From Elsinoe ampelina (lineage: Eukaryota), in the NCBI GenBank assembly GCA_010093995.1, contig ML992506.1, positions 124,001 through 167,581 on the forward strand: a stretch of DNA of 43,581 bases. The letters run 5' to 3'. The notes under the pieces were generated by a model that did no database searches, was not told the DNA's origin, and saw only the letters and a program-made list of their open reading frames with translations. This document shows positions 36,632-43,581 of this stretch, piece after piece. The number at the start of each line of letters is the position of its first letter. Position 1 is the first letter of the stretch. The position numbers and the translations under genes are program-made.

Positions 36632-37018
36632 CTAGCTTTGTGATGTCGCCAATGCTGTGACCTTGCTTTCGATCGCCTTGTCGTCCAATCCTGCTAAGCT
36701 CTCCACCCGCTCCTTGCCAAACTCTGCGGTCTTGTCAGATCTGTGTGGTGCTCCTCGGGCCAGGTGCCTCACCATATCGTGCCCACACCTTGGGCTCAAT
36801 CCCTTGTGCTTCTCGAATCAAAATCGGTGTCGAAGGGTTGTGTTTCTTCATCGTAGGATATGCGCGAACAAGGAATGACCTATGCATTTGTTACTCCAGC
36901 CCCTTCCAGCTCGTTCCCTTAAGACCAACCTGACAGCTTGACTCTGCTGTGACGTCTGACAATGATGGAACCGCAGTTCCTTGAGCGCCTTTGCAAAGGC
37001 GTACTTTCCCGACGACAT
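36632..37018 (-). CDS. NDUFA2: NADH:ubiquinone oxidoreductase B8/10.5-kDa subunit. Introns 36880-36929 and 36724-36772
   Basis: Spliced MSSGKYAFAKALKELRFHHCQTS..VRSFLVRAYPTMKKHNPSTPILIREAQGIEPKVWARYEFGKE (L51_S25_CI-B8 family). Confidence 0.92.
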
Positions 37019-37267
37019 TGCTGCCTTTCGATTCGTGTTTGAATTAGTAAATGTGTGTATTCCAAAGACATGAAGTCCTCCAAACGCCCACCCAACTTCA
37101 CTCTTGGCACCCACCGGAATCCCCGTCCGGACATAGCTTCTTCTCCGCACACGAGAGAACAACTTCAACCTCAACTCACCTCACCTCACCTTCCAATCCC
37201 CAACACCACCCCCCTCTCCACTCCCGGATCAATTCCTCCCCCACCCCCAATCCACAGAGCATCAACA

Positions 37268-37950
37268 ATGTCTCAACGCCTCGGCCTCCGCGCCGTCCAG
37301 GCTTTCCGCCAGACCACCGCCCCAGCTGCCCTCCGCCGGCAACCTTTCGCCGCGAGGACGACGCGGTACTACAGCGATGCGCCCGCGGCGCCGACGCAGA
37401 GTCGCTTCCAGCAGATCTGGAACAGTGAGGTGGGGCCGAAGACGGTGCATTTCTGGGCGCCGATCATGAAGGTCAGTTCATACATGTATGAATTCAGAGC
37501 AGATTCAGGATGGATGAGCTGGGATGGGTTGAGGAGTGAGGAGCTGTCGCTGCAAGACGGAGTATGGTGGCGGGTAGTCGGAGCTAGCAGACGGGTTGGG
37601 CTAGGCATTGAGCACATACTGACATTTCCCAGTGGGGTGTCGTCCTCGCCGGCGCAGCGGATTTCCTTCGCCCGGCGTCGTCGCTGTCGATCTCTCAGAA
37701 TGCAGCTCTCATGGCTACAGGCTCTATCTGGACACGTTGGTGCTTCATCATCAAGCCGCGGAACCTGTTCCTCGCTTCGGTCAACTTTATGCTTTTCCTG
37801 GTCGGCGCGACGCAGGTGACGAGGGTGTTGCTGTACAGGGCGAGTTTGAAGGGTGATACTGTTGGGGAGGAGGCTAAGAGTGCGGCCAAGGAGGAGGGCA
37901 AGAATCTTGAGCAGGCAGTGGAGAAGGCGGAGATCAAGGTCAAATCTTAA
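37268..37950 (+). CDS. MPC2: Mitochondrial pyruvate carrier subunit (MPC2-type). Intron 37472-37632
   Basis: GPKTVHFWAPIMK|WGVVLAG...RP...ATGSIWTRWCFIIKPRNLFLASVNF. Confidence 0.93.
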
Positions 37951-38094
37951 GTGGTGTTGATGAGGGAGAAGGGTTGGGGGCTAGAGGGAATAATCATGTA
38001 AATCGCCGTCCCTTTACCAGCCGATCTAACTGAACGCCGGCCGTTGATCTGCTTGAGAGCAATGCTACGTCGTGAGCCTATGCTATCTGATGCT

Positions 38095-39185
38095 TTACCT
38101 AGCCAAATTCTCTGGTGCTGCGGTAGGTGGCCCCTCGGGTGTAACATACGCCTTGGTCATGCCACCGTCAACCACAAAGTCTGCGCCGTTGACGAAGCTG
38201 GCCTCGTCGCTGGCAAGGAACAGAACTGCCTGAGCCTGCTCAATAGCTTCACCGAAACGACCTGTGGGGAAGTGGATCTCCCTGCGCTGACGCTTGGCCT
38301 TGTCGTCTCCTAGCCAGTCCTGAAGGAGGGGAGTGCTGGGGCAGTCAGTCTAGGAGGTCGTTGTCAGTCGAGCAGGAAGCTTACTTGAGAGGTGCCGGAC
38401 AGAGAGAGTTGAACCTGAATCCTTCTCTAGCATGCACGATAGCTAGTTCTCTGGTCATGGCCAGGACAGCACCCTTGCTTGCAGTGTACGCCAATTGAGG
38501 AGTGGCGGCTCCGACAAGTGCAACTACTGATGCGGTGTTGATGATGGAGCCCTTTGTCTTCTTGTGCTTGCGTAGAGAGATGACAGCATGCTTGCTGCCA
38601 AACCATACACCCTTGACATTGATGTTGTGCGTGAGATCCCAGATTTTCTCGGGGGTGTCAATGGCATCTGCACTTCTTAGCATAACTTTCAAAAGCCTCC
38701 TTTCGGACAGCTTACCAGCATCATCAGCATGCATGATTCCAGCGTTGTTGAAGATCACATCAAGGCCGCCCCATGAATCAAGATGCTCGACCATGGCCGC
38801 CACATCCGATTCCTTGCTGACATCGCAGGTCTTGACTTCGACTTTACCGCTAGCGTTAGGAACAACCTCTTTCAGCTTAGCAAGGCCCTTGTCGAGTGCT
38901 GGAGCAGAAATGTCGGCCATGAGCACGTTGGCGCCTTCCCTTGCAAAGAGGATACATGTCTCTAGACCGATACCCCTTTGCAAAGTTAGCACTCTGATCA
39001 AAGACGGAGAATTGAATAAGTCGACTGAACATTGAGAAACCCAGTGATCAGATAGACTCTGCGTGCTTTTTGGTACGCATGGATCGAGACGGTCAAGTAT
39101 GGGTGGCATTATTGGAAGAGCTCACTTACCCTGCAGCACCCGTGACGATAGCGTTCTTGCCAGCGAGGCGACCACCGGAACTCAT
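38095..39185 (-). CDS. Classical NAD(H)-type short-chain dehydrogenase/reductase resembling glnA4-locus SDRs. Introns 38976-39129, 38668-38715, 38336-38384
   Basis: TGAAGGIG, NNAG, SIINTASVVALVGAATPQLAYTASKG (YxxxK), LCPAPLNTPLL, VDGG. An Asp follows beta2 (MADI). Confidence 0.9.
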
Positions 39186-39781
39186 TTTGTGGCCTGGTGT
39201 ATAATATTAATTGCTGCCGGTGATGTTATGATGGAGACTAGAGACGAGGGCTAATTCGAAGACGAAGCGGTATAGCAAGGCTTGTCGAGGCTGTGTGACA
39301 CCTTGTCAAATATGACTTTATTGTAGTCCTAGGGCTATCTCCGCCGGATACGATTGCTATATCCAGCCTTCCGATAACGGGCTGAAATTGCTATCTTGGT
39401 TCTGTCATTTTGTGGTATTCCCGGGACAGACAGAACCGCTGTACTGCCCGAGATGACGACCCCAAAAACTGCTATAAGCCAACATACCTTCTCAACCGTG
39501 TTCAAAGACAGATGCGGCCTGAACCATGTTAATTAGGTGACTATGTGTTGCTCCGTCAATTTGGGCTCGGTTCCTTCCGAATCTGCAGGTGACGTCGATC
39601 CGCGTGCTTGACTCGCGCCATGCAGTGAGCTTTCCCCAGGATTTCCAGCCCTGAGCTGTCGCTGTCGCATGCATCCTGATCGTTATCTCTGTCCCGCTGG
39701 ACCTTGACCCGCTTGTCTTTGAGCAGTTTACTCCCACACCATTGCACGCCATTCCACAAGCAAGTCAAGCATTCAGTAATC
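39186..39781. promoter_or_regulatory. Putative bidirectional promoter of the SDR and GS-like genes, with HGATAR sites and a TCGG-N6-CCGA site
   Basis: HGATAR at 39335-39340(-), 39372-39377(+), 39391-39396(-), 39683-39688(-). TCGGTTCCTTCCGA at 39567-39580. Function is inferred only. Confidence 0.45.
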
Positions 39782-41356
39782 ATGACCATCACCGACGACC
39801 CAAAGACGCTCGAGGTCAAGGACCTCGCCGACCTCCTCATGAGAGATACCAGCGTCAAGGTTGCTGGGTGCGACATTGACGGCGTACTACGAGGCAAGCT
39901 TATGTCAAAGAAGAAGTTTCTCTCTGTTGCAGAAGATGGATTCGGCTTCTGCTCCGTCATATTCGGCTGGGACATGCATGATCAGACCTACTTCCGAGAG
40001 CTCAAGATATCGAATGCGGACAATGGGTACAGGGATATCATTGCGAGAATCGACCTTAGCAGCTACCGGCGGATACCCTGGGAGGACAATGTACCGTTCT
40101 TCTTGGTCAGCTTTGACGATCCAGATGGGGGTAGCCTGAGTGCATGCCCGAGAAGTGTACTTGGGAGAGCAGCTGCGAAACTCGACGAAGCCGGAATCTC
40201 AGCGCTGGCAGGAGGTAGATATCAGTCAGCGCCTACGAGAACCCAACCTTCGTTGACCACTTGCAGCTGAATACGAATTCTACCAATTCCGAGCACCAGC
40301 CAATCCTGATGTGCCAACGACGGAACGAAATTCATCTTCAACAGCAGCCTACCTTCGAGACAATCAACCCCACACCCTGCCATCGCTGACCGAAGGTATG
40401 TTCGGATACAGCTTGACTAGACCGATGCATAACCAAGACTACTACTACGGTATCTTTGATGCTTGTCAAAAGTTCGGATGCGGAATTGAGGGCTGGCATA
40501 CCGAATCGGGTCCAGGTGTCTTCGAGGCTGCTCTAGAGTACGGCGAGATAAGATCCATGGCAGACAAGGCCGCACTTTTCAAACTCACCGTCAAATCGAT
40601 CGCCAGCAAATACGGTATCACACCGTGTTTCATGGCAAAGCCACGGCAGGGCCTGCCAGGCAATTCGGGGCACATGCATGTCTCGCTTGTGAGCAAGGAC
40701 GGCAAGAATCTCTTCGCACGAGAGTCGCCCGATGAGTCGGCACAATATCCTGATCTGAAGCACTTGTCAGACACTGGACGACACTTCCTCGCAGGACTTC
40801 TTGAGGGTCTCCCGGACGTGATGCCAATTGTGGCTCCTACGATCAACAGCTACAAGCGTCTCGTGGAGAACTTTTGGGCACCGGTGACGGTGAGTTGGGG
40901 ACTCGAGCATCGTGCAGCCAGTATTCGCTTGATAGCGCCTCCCACGGCTTCTCCAAAAGCCACGAGATTCGAGATCCGCGTTGCAGGAGCTGATGCAAAC
41001 CCGTTCCTGGTTCTGGCGACCATTCTTGGGCTCGGATGGCGAGGTGTAGAGAAGAAGCTGGAAATCAAACTGCCGCCTCTGGGTAAAGGTGAGGATGTCG
41101 GCGGCTCATCGGATAAGGGTGCGAGGTTAGCAAAGAGTCTGAAAGAAGCCACCGAGCGCTTCTCGAGGAAAGAGAGCGTAGCGAGGGAGGTGTTTGGCGA
41201 CGACTTTGTAGATCACTATGCTGGGACGAGGGAGCATGAAATCAGGCTATGGGATGAAGCAGTGACGGACTGGTACGCTCCATGTTGGCTGTCTATGCAG
41301 GACTGAACCACTGACGTCTTTCCAGGGAAGTCAAGAGATATATCGAGACGGTCTGA
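39782..41356 (+). CDS. Bacterial-type GSI-like gamma-glutamyl-amine ligase (GlnA4/PuuA-like). Introns 40215-40266 and 41273-41325
   Basis: DIDGVLRGK, AEYEF, HTESGPGVFE, FMAKP..GNSGHMHVSL, YKRLVENFWAP, RAASIR, RFEIRVAGADANP, VTDWE..RY. Confidence 0.9.
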
Positions 41357-41739
41357 TTGTTTGCGAGTAGAGCATAGTGTTTCGGCTATCGGCACTGGAA
41401 CATTGGGAACTGCTCTATTATGCATGTGGCACGCCTCGGCAAAGCTTGATATCGAATGAATAGCGCAGAGTCATTCGCGTGGGATCTGCTTGATCGCTGC
41501 GCTTCATCGATCAATTTTTGAGCCTGATCGAGCATGGTGTAAGCCAGTAATCAAGGTGAAGGAGGTTTGGATCTTCATCTGCCCCTCATCTTGCAGATCG
41601 GAGCTTTTTCTGTTGTAATGGAAGGCTGGTACAGCTTCTCTGGTACTGAAGAACTGGCACTGATGAGTCAGCGCACGCACAGTAGATAAATCGGTTATTG
41701 TAACTCTCTGAATAAAATACATATCTCTCGATCCGATTT

Positions 41740-43581
41740 GCTAGTAATAACAGGTTATAAGCCCGGCGCTTCTATAAAAGCACTTAAAGCTATAGCAAAT
41801 TAAGCGTGTTATTATTAAAAGGATTACTAAGCTGCCTATACTAAATTCTAGACTAGCTATATTAAGACAAACACTTATAGTAGCCTATATTAACCCTTTA
41901 ATTAAATAGCTTAAATGGCTTAAATAAGCTAATTATATTAATTAAATTAATAGGCCTTTAGCTAATTACTATTATTATATCTAGATTAGTAAAAATGCTT
42001 AAGACTTAGATTCTTAAGAGAAGAAGTAACTATAATACTTAGAGATTAACCCTTAAGGTAGCTCTCCTTAAAAAGGATATACTTAGATATATAATTTATA
42101 ATATTAACTAGATACTAGTAGTTATAAAGCNNNNNNNNNNNNNNNNNNNNNNNNNNNNNNNNNNNNNNNNNNNNNNNNNNNNNNNNNNNNNNNNNNNNNN
42201 NNNNNNNNNNNNNNNNNNNNNNNNNNNNNNNNNNNNNNNNNNNNNNNNNNNNNNNNNNNNNNNNNNNNNNNNNNNNNNNNNNNNNNNNNNNNNNNNNNNN
42301 NNNNNNNNNNNNNNNNNNNNNNNNNNNNNNNNNNNNNNNNNNNNNNNNNNNNNNNNNNNNNNNNNNNNNNNNNNNNNNNNNNNNNNNNNNNNNNNNNNNN
42401 NNNNNNNNNNNNNNNNNNNNNNNNNNNNNNNNNNNNNNNNNNNNNNNNNNNNNNNNNNNNNNNNNNNNNNNNNNNNNNNNNNNNNNNNNNNNNNNNNNNN
42501 NNNNNNNNNNNNNNNNNNNNNNNNNNNNNNNNNNNNNNNNNNNNNNNNNNNNNNNAGTAGCTAGTTATATTAAGGATTAATATACTTAGTATACTTATTA
42601 TATCGACTCTAATATAGATTACTTTAAGTAGTACTCTAAGAAAGTACTAAAGAGTTAAAGTAAAAGAAATAATAAAGATAAGTTAAATAATAAAGGTATA
42701 AAAGTGTTACGAACTATCTAAACATAGCCTACGCTAGTAGTCTAAGCTAAGCTAGGAACGAGGTAGTTCTACTTCTATAGTAGTATAGCACTAAGGTAAG
42801 AGTTAGAGAAGGTATATCTTATAGATAATAAAGTATAATTAGATAGTATTATAAAGGCTAGCCTTAGTAATACTAGTGTTCGCTATCTAGATAAGGTTAA
42901 CTATAGTACTTATATAAGGTAAGGACTATTCCTATATATATATGTTCTTTATTATGTTCTCTATATACTTTATATACTCTGTAGCGAGAGTTAAGAGCAA
43001 TATAAAGTATATATCCGCTAGTAACCTATATACTTTATAGTTTTAGAAGTAGAGCTACTAGAGAAGATAGAGAACTAGGTAAATATTAGACTAGGTTACG
43101 TAATAATCTTAGTAGCTTAATTAGTCCTAACATCTCTATATTCTAGCTATTCTACTAGTTTGTAATATTACTTTTCTTCTTTAATCGAGTTGTTCTAACG
43201 AGTAAGTATTCTTCCTTGTCCTTATATGCTATATACTAAATATGCCTCTTAGTTATCGAAGGCATAGTAAATCTAGTATATCTACACGAAAGAATCTCTT
43301 AGAGTTTATTAAACTATTTAGAACTAATATACTATAGGCTTATTCTCGTTACAAATCGAAGAGGCTAGACTATAAGGTCTATATTTAGTTAGGTATCTAT
43401 AGCTAGTATATTATAAGTAACTACTCGAGTTATAATATTTAAGTAATAAAATCGAAATAGTAGTGTCTTTAGTCTAAGTATATTCGTTTACGAAAGGAAT
43501 TAGTTATAGCTAAGGCTACTAGAAGAGAAGCTAAAGAAGCTTATAAAAAGGCAAAAGAGGCTTATTAAAGAGCTATAGGTA
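41740..43581. mobile_element. AT-rich, RIP-degraded repeat or transposon relic of unknown family, running off the window; left boundary approximate
   Basis: Abrupt shift to AT-rich DNA with very frequent TpA and scarce CpA/TpG, and no ORFs in the track. This is the classic repeat-induced point mutation footprint. Confidence 0.8.
42131..42555. other. Assembly gap (425 N)
   Basis: Run of N inside the repeat block. Confidence 1.

Noticed and set aside
38668..38715. Apparent 16-aa insertion in the SDR ORF
   Set aside because: It is a 48-nt stop-free intron (GTAAGC..GCTAAG..CAG); removing it restores MHADDADAIDT.
38976..39129. Long SDR intron 1 with an 8-bp inverted repeat (TCTGATCA/TGATCAGA) as a riboswitch, snoRNA or stwintron
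   Set aside because: No TPP aptamer, no C/D or H/ACA boxes, and no nested splice arrangement that regenerates a donor; the stem is too short to be significant.
1..43581. tRNA, rRNA or CRISPR arrays
   Set aside because: No cloverleaf, rRNA-like sequence or repeat-spacer array was seen by eye; the context is eukaryotic.

Overview
Gene-dense chromosome segment from a filamentous ascomycete (Pezizomycotina-type genes; most introns are 45-62 nt with CTRAC/CTRAY branch points). I reconstructed 18 protein-coding genes by hand, several of them split or missed by the ORF track: CRAL-TRIO/RhoGAP, PrxQ peroxiredoxin, Mtr-like permease, Mrs2/Lpe10, SH3-RasGEF, Pof1-like nucleotidyltransferase, Tctex-1, Vtc1, a Zn2Cys6/acetyltransferase-like fusion, Pab2, MetR/Cys-3 bZIP, Gut2, Pho81/NUC-2, LigB-like dioxygenase, complex I B8 subunit, MPC2, an SDR and a glutamine-synthetase-like ligase. 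The window also holds a 304-bp TIR element with a 9-bp target-site duplication, and it ends in an AT-rich RIP-like block containing an assembly gap. The best candidate for an undescribed system is the head-to-head SDR + GS-like pair (38095-41356), which mirrors the actinobacterial glnA4 gamma-glutamylation (ethanolamine/amine catabolism) locus and shares a promoter with GATA and Zn-cluster motifs. Also notable are repeated C-rich to G-rich strand-skew switches that ignore gene orientation, a probable pseudo-enzyme sensor transcription factor, and a start codon split by an intron. All family calls come from remembered motifs; no database search was run.
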